This document shows, one piece after another, positions 51,320-61,381 of a DNA stretch of 64,000 nt. The position numbers were made by a program, and so were the translations under genes. The stretch is from a virus. How positions within the stretch are numbered: position 1 is the first letter of the stretch; each line of letters opens with the position of its first letter. The notes under the pieces are model-generated. The model was not told the origin of the DNA, made no database searches, and saw nothing but the letters and a program-made list of their open reading frames with translations. The stretch covers positions 32,001 through 96,000 of the IMG/VR virus record IMGVR_UViG_3300042887_005324, one strand, 5' to 3'.

Positions 51320-54300
51320 TTAATTACCCCACGAACCACTTTTGAATACACCATTATACCAAATTCCAGAATCAAATTGATCACCATCGAATATTCCATT
51401 AGTCCAAATACCACTATACCAATGAGCTCCTTTGAAGTGACTGACTACTCTTAATCCAGTTTCATATCCAACATTATCAATTGATCCTATTGTGTTATCA
51501 ACACCTAGTTGACTCAAATCATAATTTAAATACAAAGTTGTTCTTTCGAGAACTGAATCTTCAAGTATTTGTATGATTCTATAGCTAAGTGGATTTTCAT
51601 TATTACCAAGATTTGCGTATGCTTGATCTGTATAATCATCAATAATCCAAATTATATCACCGGTATTAAATTTGAAAATACCATTCAATACAATCGAATT
51701 AGTTGACGATGTATTGGGATAAATTTGATTTACACCAATTACTTGTATCTCTTCTAAAATTCCACCAAGCCAATCACCACTTCTAAAGTCGACGTTATAA
51801 GCTATACCACCATAGAATTTTCCTTTAAGCCAAATTCCAGTTCTCCAAATTGAATATTTGTGTATATCAGATACAAGTGTTTCACCACTTTCACTATCAA
51901 CATTTAGAAAAGAGTGAAACTCACCATCAACCCAACGACCACCATGCCAGTTTGCTGTTCTGCTATTACTTGCTTTTGTTCCAAATCTTGTTAGGATTTG
52001 CTGGTCATTACCAAATAAACCATTATACCAGATACCGTTTTCGAAGTCACCAGACTTAAAGGTTCCGTAAAGCCAATAAGCAGGTTTTGAATTACAATTA
52101 AAAATTCCTTTTTCCCAAGTTCCTTGTACCCAGACTCCACCTTCAAAATTACCATCTTTCCAAAGTCCATCGTTCCAAATACCATTATACCAGTTACCAG
52201 TGTTCCAGTCACCAGCATATCTTCTACCATTATACCAAGTACCTCCTTCCCAAGTACCATCAAACCACCTACCGTTAAACCATCTTGAAGCAGTATTGTC
52301 TATGTAAGAGGTATCTACTTCAACAGAAATTACTTTATATTTTGTGTTATAAGATTTCCAAGTTCCTTCATACCAATCACCACTTACCCATCTACCAGAA
52401 TACCATGTCCCTCCAAACCACCTACCACACCTCCAAATACCTGAGTACCAAACTAAACCATTCTTATCTCTACCAATTACAGCATTTGAAATCTCAGCCT
52501 CTAACAGCCAAGAAAAGTTTTGATTTACTTCATCTAATGAAAGACCATCAACAAACTCAAATTTGTATTTAGTCAAGTCCAAATCAACTAAACTATAAGT
52601 TGAACCAGTAAGTTTGAAATTTTCTGGCATTATTTCAATTGACCTAGTGACATTTTTATCAACGCCTAAGTTAAATAAATCAATATTTTGATAGTTGAAA
52701 AACGGATCTTTCTTAATAAATTTAACTTGAACATTATCGACTTCACCTAAATAATCAAAAGAGTAATAGTATTTTGATGTAGATATTTTTGTCGGTCCCT
52801 CATTGGATATAACTGTCTGTAGTCCTAAAACATTACTCAAATTAAATACTGAGCTTGTTCCGGATATAAGATATATCAAGTCACCAGGTTGTAATTCATT
52901 TTCCCCTATATTCAAAATTAATCTATTGGGTTCACCTTTTATTGGCTCATCATATCCATTCCAGTATGAAGAAGAAGAGTCTACACTAGTTACGTTATAA
53001 ACTAATTCCTTTTCGAGATTCAAAATATTCATTGATAGTTGATAGTCATAATCAACATATATTATTGAACTAATATATTTTCTTATTGAATAATCAGATA
53101 CCAAAGCCTTAAAATATGAGTCAGTACTAAACTTAGTTTTTAATTCATTCTCTAGTGTTGAAAAAGTATTTAAATATTGAACTGTTTTATTTTTCTGTGT
53201 TCTTTGAATATTATTCAATAGCTGAAGATCCTGACTTATTTCTAACAGTTCATTTCTACTTCTGATATCTAATTCAAAAACAGAAAAACTACCAGGTAGT
53301 TCAAACTTTCTATGAAACTCCATGACATATCCACCTAAGTTAGAGTCATAATATTTATTCGTTATTAGTAATCGTGTGTTAATAACATCACCATCTGTTG
53401 TGGATCTAAAAGTTATATCAACAAATGTATGTAACAACAATGAATCCCAATGGTTTTTATAATCAGACCCAAATATTAGTTGATTAGTTCCATTTCTATA
53501 CCAACTATAAGTACCTGTTTGAACTCCTACACTAGGATCAACAAATATGTTGGAATCAGTAAATGTGTTACTGTCATTTCCTACTAAATTTGTAAACTCT
53601 GGTAAGATTGAAAAAATCTTATCTGATGTGAAAATATCAGGATCTACCTTATTTAGATAATCAAAGATGTTATATGTAGGACTATAACCAAAATCTAAGA
53701 AGCTCTCCTTATAACTCAAATCACTGGTGAAATTACTTGATTGACTAATTAGATTAAATCTAGCTTGTAAATTATAATAAGCAGTCTTGTTGTTAAATCT
53801 TGGAGTTATGATTAAATCGTTATCTGATATTTCAAACTTATATGCTAATCCCAAAAAGTGATTGTCCAAATTCGATATTAGTGTATCAGAAGATGTATAT
53901 CTATTTAAATAAGTCAAACTAATAACGGCTGTAGATTTAGTGAGATTTTTAATTATTGTCTCATTAAATTCCGAATAGCAATACATATAAACATCATATC
54001 TCTTAGTTGTGTTAATTGTTACTGGTGGAAACTGACCAGCTGACATTCTTAACCTTGTTGTACTATTAGATGTTGTATATTCAAAAACTTCGATTCTATT
54101 AATAAGTAAGTTACAATCTATCACATCAGATGTTAATCTAACTATATCACCAACTTGTGGTAAAGTATCAATATTGTTAGAAGTTATATCAAAAGTCTGA
54201 CTGAATACTAAGATATCTCGATATGCCCAGATTTTATATGGCTGAGATGATGAGTTATTAGTGGGTAGAAAATTAGATGCAATTGGCGTTGAATTCTGAA

Positions 54301-57022
54301 AATATCTAGATGCGGTTGAACTTAATATTGAAGGTACCAATTTAATTATCTCTGAAACTTCGGTATTAACTTCTATGTTTGAATAAGTAACTATGTCGGT
54401 TCGATGTAGTGAATCAGAACTCGTTGTTAAATCATAAAATTTAAAAGTAGTACTAAATTCAACTTTATTTGCATCATTCATTGATGTATAATAAGCAAAG
54501 GTTTTCTCAGAGTCTTTATAATAATCCATCCAACTAAGTTCACCCGTCTTACTTGTGAAAGTAAAAGATGAAGTACCTGAGTTCAATAGGTTTACTTGTG
54601 ATTGAGTTAGAGTAATTGAATCAGGAACTCTATAGTTACCATTATCATCAAAAAAGTTAAGTTTTGAAGCGATATCATAATCTAAAAATACCATTCTAGA
54701 CTTGATTCTTTCGTTGAAAGTTGGATCTAATTCATAAAAATTAGATGATAAATAATCATTTGTTTTTAACAAAGCGTTATTTCCAGCTAAATATAAATTG
54801 GTGTCAGAAGACAGTAAAATATTTGGATATAAATCAACGACTTCACTTACACTCACTGATATCATATTACTTACTGTACTTGTTAATTTAGTAAAATCAC
54901 TTAGATTGAATTGATAGACCTTGTCTGACGCAAAATACCCATACTGTGTATTTTTATTTCTTTCAACTACTCTTAGATCACTATAATTTTGTGAGAATGA
55001 AGCATATACAAACTGTTGTTGACTTGGTGTGAAAATACTATTCACATCATAACAAACTAAATTATTATAATTACTCGCTAAAAGAATTAAACTTCCTTCA
55101 ACTGGTTGCATTTTAAATTCTTTATTCGATTGAATAATACCTGGGTTAATACCATCAGTCAAACCATCATAGTCATAAAAAATTTGTGCTGAAACGGTAA
55201 AACTATCGATTGAGATATTTCCATTAGTTAAAGGTAATGAACATGTGAAAACTAATTTCTCATAAGTTGTTGATGCCTGTATATAATGATAAAAGTCATA
55301 TGTTGTATCCTGAGCAGGTGCTATGTTGAAATTAGAATTTGTATATACAATTGATCCACTCTGTTCAATCTCTAAAGCTATCATAAGTTGAGATTGATTA
55401 CTAAATGTTGAATTACTAAAATATTTGTTATCAATTGTGATTTGTAAAGTCTCACCCATCAAACTATAATTGAAATACAAATTATTTGCAAAATCCACAG
55501 AAGTCAGATCATCAACATAAGAAGAAGACTTAATATTTGTCCAATTTGTTAGTGTCATTGAATTGATATCTTCAAATAACACAACTTCATCTATTTCATC
55601 TATTTTTTTGATTATTTTTCTCTTATATGCAATCCAATTATTTAGTGAATATGAAAGCTCTAAGAACACACCATTATCACCAGCAACATAAGCTTGATTA
55701 TAATTTGCATATATAACCTTATTATAAGAGTAATTATCAAATTGGCTAAAAGTTAACTTTGACCAGTTTAATCCTCCATCATTTGTATAGTAGATAGTAT
55801 TGTAGTCACCAACTGCTAAACCATTCAAGTCTTGATAGAAAGAAATGGATGTAAAATTAGAAGTTTCATCAATTAAAATTCTTTTAATTGAATAGTCGAC
55901 TTTAGAAATTCTCAAAATTGTACCTTCATCACCACAAGACCAATAATATTTAGTAGTTTCAGTAATTGATCTTAAATTGACTTTATATTTATTTGAAATA
56001 ACACTTGAATTACTATAAGTAAAGGATGAATTTAATTTATCTTGGTTATTTATAATTATTCCAAACTCACCAACTGCGATTGTTCTCTGAGGGACTGAAA
56101 ATGTAAATCCAGTGTTTACATCATAAAAACTTTGAGTTGCATGATTGATTATATCATAATAATTAATGTCATAGACATTATTATAATCTACCCTATTTCT
56201 TAAAACCCAGTTATGATTTTCTTTAAATTCAATGTTTTGATTTTCAGAAATTAATGGATAATAACCATTCTTCAGTCTAGATAGATGAAATTGTTTTTCA
56301 CGATTTGTAGTACCTAGTTTTACAGCTACACTATATCTGTATGCATCTTCATATAAGTCTAAATCTGCGGTTTTGACTAAAGTGTTATTTGTATATTCAT
56401 AAATACCATTTTGGTTATTATAATAAAAATATGTTATGTTTGTGCCATCATTATCAACCTCATAGTAATTTGAAGTCAAAATAGTGTTAGTAAAATACTC
56501 TTCTGCATCTACTGAAACAGATAAAACAATCTCAGTTGTCTGATTTTTAACAAGTACTCTATGACCTTCTAATAATACAACATCGTCAATTTGAAGTCCT
56601 ACTACTTGTTGTCCTAAATTTGTTAAAGAAACTGTTGTAGCAGCGTCTACATATAAATAGTTTTTAAGCTGGTCTTTAATTAATTTTGTAGGAGTGAATA
56701 GGTTTTTAATTGTAAAGGCATTCTCTTTTAGATATTTAGTATAAATTTCATCTGAATTGCTAGAATCTATTTGAAGTTGAGGACCAAGTGCAGGAGGATT
56801 TAATATTGAACCAGGAAAATTTGGATAATAACCAATTTTTGTAAATTTCATTACATCATAGATATCATCTAAGTTGTTGATTGGTAGATATGTTGAACCA
56901 CTCAAACATTTAGAATAAAGCTTAACTTTGTCTAAATCTTGTTTTAGACTATCATAGTAATCTTTATTTAAGGTCTCTTTTTGGTTTGACCATTTACCGG
57001 TGTCAACATTTCTTGTAAACAT
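51320..57022 (-). CDS. 1900-aa putative virion protein with BNR/Asp-box propeller segment and C-terminal GxWxx pentapeptide repeats
   Basis: GHRVLVKNQT fibre-base motif, YTNDGGLNWS, long WYSGIWRCGRWFGGTWYSG-type repeats. Confidence 0.65.
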   Translation of the reverse strand: MFTRNVDTGKWSNQKETLNKDYYDSLKQDLDKVKLYSKCLSGSTYLPINNLDDIYDVMKFTKIGYYPNFPGSILNPPALGPQLQIDSSNSDEIYTKYLKENAFTIKNLFTPTKLIKDQLKNYLYVDAATTVSLTNLGQQVVGLQIDDVVLLEGHRVLVKNQTTEIVLSVSVDAEEYFTNTILTSNYYEVDNDGTNITYFYYNNQNGIYEYTNNTLVKTADLDLYEDAYRYSVAVKLGTTNREKQFHLSRLKNGYYPLISENQNIEFKENHNWVLRNRVDYNNVYDINYYDIINHATQSFYDVNTGFTFSVPQRTIAVGEFGIIINNQDKLNSSFTYSNSSVISNKYKVNLRSITETTKYYWSCGDEGTILRISKVDYSIKRILIDETSNFTSISFYQDLNGLAVGDYNTIYYTNDGGLNWSKLTFSQFDNYSYNKVIYANYNQAYVAGDNGVFLELSYSLNNWIAYKRKIIKKIDEIDEVVLFEDINSMTLTNWTNIKSSSYVDDLTSVDFANNLYFNYSLMGETLQITIDNKYFSNSTFSNQSQLMIALEIEQSGSIVYTNSNFNIAPAQDTTYDFYHYIQASTTYEKLVFTCSLPLTNGNISIDSFTVSAQIFYDYDGLTDGINPGIIQSNKEFKMQPVEGSLILLASNYNNLVCYDVNSIFTPSQQQFVYASFSQNYSDLRVVERNKNTQYGYFASDKVYQFNLSDFTKLTSTVSNMISVSVSEVVDLYPNILLSSDTNLYLAGNNALLKTNDYLSSNFYELDPTFNERIKSRMVFLDYDIASKLNFFDDNGNYRVPDSITLTQSQVNLLNSGTSSFTFTSKTGELSWMDYYKDSEKTFAYYTSMNDANKVEFSTTFKFYDLTTSSDSLHRTDIVTYSNIEVNTEVSEIIKLVPSILSSTASRYFQNSTPIASNFLPTNNSSSQPYKIWAYRDILVFSQTFDITSNNIDTLPQVGDIVRLTSDVIDCNLLINRIEVFEYTTSNSTTRLRMSAGQFPPVTINTTKRYDVYMYCYSEFNETIIKNLTKSTAVISLTYLNRYTSSDTLISNLDNHFLGLAYKFEISDNDLIITPRFNNKTAYYNLQARFNLISQSSNFTSDLSYKESFLDFGYSPTYNIFDYLNKVDPDIFTSDKIFSILPEFTNLVGNDSNTFTDSNIFVDPSVGVQTGTYSWYRNGTNQLIFGSDYKNHWDSLLLHTFVDITFRSTTDGDVINTRLLITNKYYDSNLGGYVMEFHRKFELPGSFSVFELDIRSRNELLEISQDLQLLNNIQRTQKNKTVQYLNTFSTLENELKTKFSTDSYFKALVSDYSIRKYISSIIYVDYDYQLSMNILNLEKELVYNVTSVDSSSSYWNGYDEPIKGEPNRLILNIGENELQPGDLIYLISGTSSVFNLSNVLGLQTVISNEGPTKISTSKYYYSFDYLGEVDNVQVKFIKKDPFFNYQNIDLFNLGVDKNVTRSIEIMPENFKLTGSTYSLVDLDLTKYKFEFVDGLSLDEVNQNFSWLLEAEISNAVIGRDKNGLVWYSGIWRCGRWFGGTWYSGRWVSGDWYEGTWKSYNTKYKVISVEVDTSYIDNTASRWFNGRWFDGTWEGGTWYNGRRYAGDWNTGNWYNGIWNDGLWKDGNFEGGVWVQGTWEKGIFNCNSKPAYWLYGTFKSGDFENGIWYNGLFGNDQQILTRFGTKASNSRTANWHGGRWVDGEFHSFLNVDSESGETLVSDIHKYSIWRTGIWLKGKFYGGIAYNVDFRSGDWLGGILEEIQVIGVNQIYPNTSSTNSIVLNGIFKFNTGDIIWIIDDYTDQAYANLGNNENPLSYRIIQILEDSVLERTTLYLNYDLSQLGVDNTIGSIDNVGYETGLRVVSHFKGAHWYSGIWTNGIFDGDQFDSGIWYNGVFKSGSWGN

Positions 57023-57025
57023 AAA

Positions 57026-57241
57026 TTACTTTTTTACTTTTAAATTCCAAATAGCACTCTTTGAATCTAAGTCTACTTTTTCTCTAATTATAGAAACTTT
57101 AGACTTTTTTAGAACTTCTTTAATCTCATCTATGAACTTATCATATTTATAAATGTTTTCAATATACTCAGCAATATCAATTCTAAACTCTGAATCTTCA
57201 GAGAATATCAAATCATATATTAGTTGTTCTTTAGTTTTCAT
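57026..57241 (-). CDS. Small hypothetical protein
   Basis: Likely start ATG 57241 (MKTKEQ) after the late motif at 57253-57262; the track's longer start overlaps phoH. Confidence 0.65.
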   Translation of the reverse strand: MKTKEQLIYDLIFSEDSEFRIDIAEYIENIYKYDKFIDEIKEVLKKSKVSIIREKVDLDSKSAIWNLKVKK

Positions 57242-57313
57242 ACCTAATGTATTATATATTAAAAAGAACAATTCCATCATAAGGGAAAAATAATTTATTA
57301 ATAAATAAATCCG

Positions 57314-58081
57314 ATGGGAACAACAAATAAACAAAAACAAACTGGAAGAAAAGAACTCGAAATCGAAGCTCTTGAACTTCTCAAACAAAGAGAACTAAAC
57401 TCTCAGAAAAAAGGTAGACTAACTAAACAAGAGCTTGATTCAAAAAGAATTGAATTAACTCCTAAGCAATTAGAACTATACAAAGGTATTAGACACAACA
57501 CTTTAACTGTTTGTCAAGGACCGGCTGGTTCTTCAAAAACTTTCACAGCTTGTTACACAGCTTTAGCACTTTTAGCTGATAAAAAAGTAGACCAAATTAT
57601 TTTAACTAAGCCAATTCAAGAAAGTGGTGAGAATTTAGGTTTTTTACCTGGAACTAAAGAAGAAAAAGTAGATCCATTTATGAAATCTTATAGTTCTAAC
57701 TTTGAAAAAATAATCGGTAAGCCTACATTTCAATGGATGGTATCAAATAACGAGATAGTAGTTGAGCCATTAGCTTATATGAGAGGTACAACTTACGATA
57801 ACGCAATTATGATTTTAGATGAAGCTCAAAACTGTACTATGACACAACTAATGCTTTGGGTAACAAGATTAGGTAAAGATTCTAAGGCAATAATGATGGG
57901 TGATGTTTCTCAATATGATATTAAGAAAAAAGACTCAAGATTTTTAGAATTTATAAATCTTATTAGTGATGTAGAACAAGTTCATAACTTTAGATTTGGT
58001 GTTGAGGATATAGTAAGAAATAAATTTCTTATTGATATTGTTAACAAGTATGAGAAATGGAAATTTGATAATAATATTTAA
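57314..58081 (+). CDS. phoH: PhoH family ATPase
   Basis: GPAGSSKT, LGFLPG, PLAYMRGTT, ILDEAQN, TRLG, GDVSQYD, DIVRN. Confidence 0.93.
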   Translation: MGTTNKQKQTGRKELEIEALELLKQRELNSQKKGRLTKQELDSKRIELTPKQLELYKGIRHNTLTVCQGPAGSSKTFTACYTALALLADKKVDQIILTKPIQESGENLGFLPGTKEEKVDPFMKSYSSNFEKIIGKPTFQWMVSNNEIVVEPLAYMRGTTYDNAIMILDEAQNCTMTQLMLWVTRLGKDSKAIMMGDVSQYDIKKKDSRFLEFINLISDVEQVHNFRFGVEDIVRNKFLIDIVNKYEKWKFDNNI

Positions 58082-59059
58082 TTACCAATTATCTTCTTCT
58101 ACTGATTCATTATCTTCTACTGACTCTAAACTACCATTAGCTTGAACTAAAGTGAATTGATAATTAGGTGAATTTATATCATTTCTAAGAAATCCTTTGT
58201 TTAGATCAAAATAAGGAAAGGTGTCTAAGTAAGGATAGTAATTGAAGTTATACTGTTGAAGCTTTATCTTACATTTTATTACTGTTCTTTCATTATCAAC
58301 ATCGAAAAATTGGTGTGATTTGGCTGATTGCTCCCATTTAGTGATATAACCATTTTCTTTTGCCCATTTTTTAAACAAATGAACATCAGAATCAAAAACA
58401 CTGTAGATTCTATCCATTACTTTTATATTAGATAAACCTTTAGATTGGAATCTATCATCAGACGAAATAACACTAACATCATCCCAAAGTAGAGCTCTTG
58501 ATCTAACTTTTTCTTCTCCATTTTGTTTAGTAATCAAACAAAGCATTTTGATTGGATTGTTAGAATACATTTGTAGATAACTTTGTCTTTTGGCGTATCG
58601 CATACAAGAATTCCAAAGTGTGCCAATATAATTTCCATCTGGAGCAAAATAGTTTTCATCTAAATACCACTTCTTAATTTCTTCTCCTTCTACAATTCTG
58701 AATTCTAATTCACTTGTATCAAACCAAGCTTTGTATTTATTTACAAAGTTCTCAATAGCACGGCTATCAATATTGTGTTCTAATATTAGTTTATCTGGAA
58801 TAAGTTTTTGAACAAGTCGGCCAATCTTCATTTGAGCTCTTCCTTTTGCTGTGAAAGGATCTAACTCACCATCTTTTAATTTATTTTCTGGTAAATAAGA
58901 AATTAAATCAGCCTTATCTGTTGGTGCAAGAAAGTCAATGCCTGGTTCGGTATTAATATTTAGCAATATCAAACAAATAATGTTGTGATTCATACTTAAA
59001 AAATCATAGAAACTTTTCTCTACTGTTAAGTTTCGATTTATTCTTACCATGTCTGTCAT
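58082..59059 (-). CDS. SCMRY/DRIY/YPYxDTF-domain phage protein (paralog of 1695..3950)
   Basis: WNSCMRY, SRALLW, MDRIYS, YPYLDTF. Confidence 0.75.
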   Translation of the reverse strand: MTDMVRINRNLTVEKSFYDFLSMNHNIICLILLNINTEPGIDFLAPTDKADLISYLPENKLKDGELDPFTAKGRAQMKIGRLVQKLIPDKLILEHNIDSRAIENFVNKYKAWFDTSELEFRIVEGEEIKKWYLDENYFAPDGNYIGTLWNSCMRYAKRQSYLQMYSNNPIKMLCLITKQNGEEKVRSRALLWDDVSVISSDDRFQSKGLSNIKVMDRIYSVFDSDVHLFKKWAKENGYITKWEQSAKSHQFFDVDNERTVIKCKIKLQQYNFNYYPYLDTFPYFDLNKGFLRNDINSPNYQFTLVQANGSLESVEDNESVEEDNW

Positions 59060-59079
59060 AAAAAATTAATATATATTAG

Positions 59080-59292
59080 ATGAATTTTATTTTAGAGTTT
59101 AAAAGTTTTTATAAGCCAGGTGATTTAGTATTAATAAAATACTGGTATAACCGTATGGTAACACCAGTGAGAATTGTTGAAAAAAAAGGAAATAAGTTTT
59201 TAATTTCACACGATGTTGAATCTTCTAAAATTAGAAACGCTCCTGATGAATTAATCAAAAACTCTGAAATCATATCTCCGTATAGAAATTAA
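59080..59292 (+). CDS. Small SH3/Tudor-like hypothetical protein
   Basis: MNFILEFKSFYKPGDLVLIKYW; bidirectional late motif at 59066-59078. Confidence 0.6.
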   Translation: MNFILEFKSFYKPGDLVLIKYWYNRMVTPVRIVEKKGNKFLISHDVESSKIRNAPDELIKNSEIISPYRN

Positions 59293-60407
59293 GATAAATG
59301 AAAAATAATATCATCATAGAAGGCTTGATCTTTAGGATCATTCATATCTAAGTATTGTTCTTTAATAATCTCAAAGTCTTGAACAGTCAATTTATCATCG
59401 AACAACATCTGTTTTAAAGACTCATAATAAAACTTTGTTTCTCTTTGTGAAAAACTATCAGTAATATCGTTTTCGAGTGTATCTAAATAAATCTTTTGTG
59501 GTTTATTTTTTACAGTTTTCCACTTACTCTTAGGAGTTTCATCATACCAATCATCATAGTCACGAAAGGCTCTTGAAGAAAGCTTTCTACTTGTTCCACT
59601 TCTTGAAGAAAAACGACCAGTTGGATGATAACTATCATAAGTAGAATATTCACTTTTATAATAGTTTTTATATTCTTTATTCTTAGTATCTCTTTCAGTT
59701 GGTAGATTTTCCCAATCAATTTTAACAGAAGCATTACAAAGTTTCACTAAGTGTGCTAAATCTTGATGTTCTTCGTGTGTATGTTCTTTGTAATAACCAA
59801 CAGAGATATTTGTACATTCTGAAATAACACCAGTAAACTCAGCTGAGTCAGTATAAACACCAGTATCGTCTGGTGCCATCATCATACCATTACTATTATA
59901 CTGTTTTGCTAGTTCATTTGCAAATTTATCAGAACAACATCTTTGAGAAGATTGATAAGTAATAATAGAACCAGTACCTCTTCTATCAAAAGAAATCATT
60001 CTATTATAGTTCTTAAACAAATCATCTTTAGAAGCTGCACTTGAACCAATACATCCAACTTCTTCTCCGATGAAAAAACAATAAAGACCTGGAACATTTT
60101 TCTCTATCATATAAAGTAAGACTGTCATACCAGCTTTATCGTCAGCTCCTAAAATACTCTTACCATTTGTTCTGATATAATTTTTATCAAAAACATGAGT
60201 CACATTTACTTGAGCTTTACAAGCAGTATCTAAGTGACAAGTAAAAGCTGTTTTACTTTCGCCAATTTTATAGTAATAGTTTCCGTGTTCGTCTTTGAAA
60301 TATCCTTTTGGTAGAAAAATCTCTAATTCTTCTTCATAACCATAAGGAAAGGTTTTCATCGTAAGTGCCAGAAAAGTTTCTTTAATTTTCATTAGGTTAA
60401 TATTCAT
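59289..60407 (-). CDS. M28/M20-family zinc peptidase
   Basis: CHLDT, LGADDKAG, GEEVG, SFDRRG, YTDS, NISVGYYKEHT; host-type promoter at 60412-60421. Confidence 0.85.
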   Translation of the reverse strand: MNINLMKIKETFLALTMKTFPYGYEEELEIFLPKGYFKDEHGNYYYKIGESKTAFTCHLDTACKAQVNVTHVFDKNYIRTNGKSILGADDKAGMTVLLYMIEKNVPGLYCFFIGEEVGCIGSSAASKDDLFKNYNRMISFDRRGTGSIITYQSSQRCCSDKFANELAKQYNSNGMMMAPDDTGVYTDSAEFTGVISECTNISVGYYKEHTHEEHQDLAHLVKLCNASVKIDWENLPTERDTKNKEYKNYYKSEYSTYDSYHPTGRFSSRSGTSRKLSSRAFRDYDDWYDETPKSKWKTVKNKPQKIYLDTLENDITDSFSQRETKFYYESLKQMLFDDKLTVQDFEIIKEQYLDMNDPKDQAFYDDIIFHLS

Positions 60408-60498
60408 TATATACAAATATAAGGTAAAAATCTGAAATATCCAAATTTGTCAGTATTTATTGGTTTTTTTCAGAAATTCAAATATAAACAAAAAATAT

Positions 60499-61257
60499 TT
60501 ATTTTAATTTAAATTTTAATTTTAATTCTTTTATTAAATGTGGATGAGCCCATTTTTCATCTAAAATATCAACTTCTACGACCTGTTTGTTGGGTATTAG
60601 GTTGTGTTTCAATTGATAATGATCACCTATAGATGTTGGATCAGATGGTTTATTAACTCTAAAAATACTTCCATCTTCAAGTTGAATAAATAAGGTTCCT
60701 TTTTTATACTTAAATTTGTTGCCATTATTATATTCTATTTCAACATCTTCTTTAACTTTCCAGCCTTTTACTTCATATTTTTTGGAATCAGGGTTATTAT
60801 CACTAAATAATTTATCAAGTTTGAAACTTCTATATTCCATTTGATTCATTACATATAATGGTTTTATTCTCCACTCACAAACACTATTCTTAGACAAGTG
60901 ACATTTAAGAGCCGCCTCATTTGCTTGATGTATTGAATGATATATTTTGTGATTCCAATATGTAGTCCATCCATACCATTCACCTTTATTGTCTTTCCAT
61001 CTTACTTCTAAAGTATATCCATAAGGATTTATATCATCAGCGACAGCTTGACATTTAAAATGAATTGATTCTTCTATTGCCCAATTTTTACCATTAACTG
61101 TGTAATAGTGTTTTGGAGTTACTAATTTTTCTGTGGATGTTCCGGTGATCTCTTTGAAAGAGTTGAGATCTGTGTTTGAATGTGTTTGATAACCTGAGTT
61201 GATATCTTGTCTGGTTAAATTGACAAGTTGAGAATTTTGTGAATTAATCTACATCAT
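60499..61257 (-). CDS. 252-codon hypothetical gene with an in-frame amber codon at codon 3 (ATG ATG TAG ATT...)
   Basis: Frame read by hand: no stop from 61248 to the TAA at 60499; 117 open codons lie upstream of the track's TTG start. Late motif at 61276-61284 and an A-rich leader precede ATG 61257. Confidence 0.65.
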
Positions 61258-61293
61258 ATTTTTTATTTTTATTTTTATATATTATAAAATTTG

Positions 61294-61374
61294 TGCTTCC
61301 AGGAGGGCACGATCCCCTTTCCTCTGAGGTTAGAATTCAGATTATCCCCACGGATAATTTAAGGATCTGAAAGC
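61294..61374 (-). ncRNA. Atypical tRNA-like RNA with CUA anticodon (candidate amber suppressor)
   Basis: GCTTTCA/TGGAAGC acceptor stem plus A73; 7-bp ATTATCC-GTGG-GGATAAT arm; CTGAA-TTCTAAC-CTCAG anticodon arm; 5-nt variable region; degenerate T-arm AGGGG-ATCGTGC-CCTCC. Confidence 0.55.
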
Positions 61375-61381
61375 AATTTTG

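Noticed and set aside
1135-59734. Short antisense or alternate-frame ORFs nested in long genes (e.g. 1135, 4221, 11316, 14302, 16550, 27419, 34748, 38487, 51991, 52285, 59510)
   Set aside because: Shadow ORFs with no motifs or expression signals.
61294-61374. tRNA-Pyl or tRNA-Sec assignment
   Set aside because: It lacks the compact D-arm and 3-nt variable loop of tRNA-Pyl and the long variable arm and UCA anticodon of tRNA-Sec; no pyl or sel genes are in the window.
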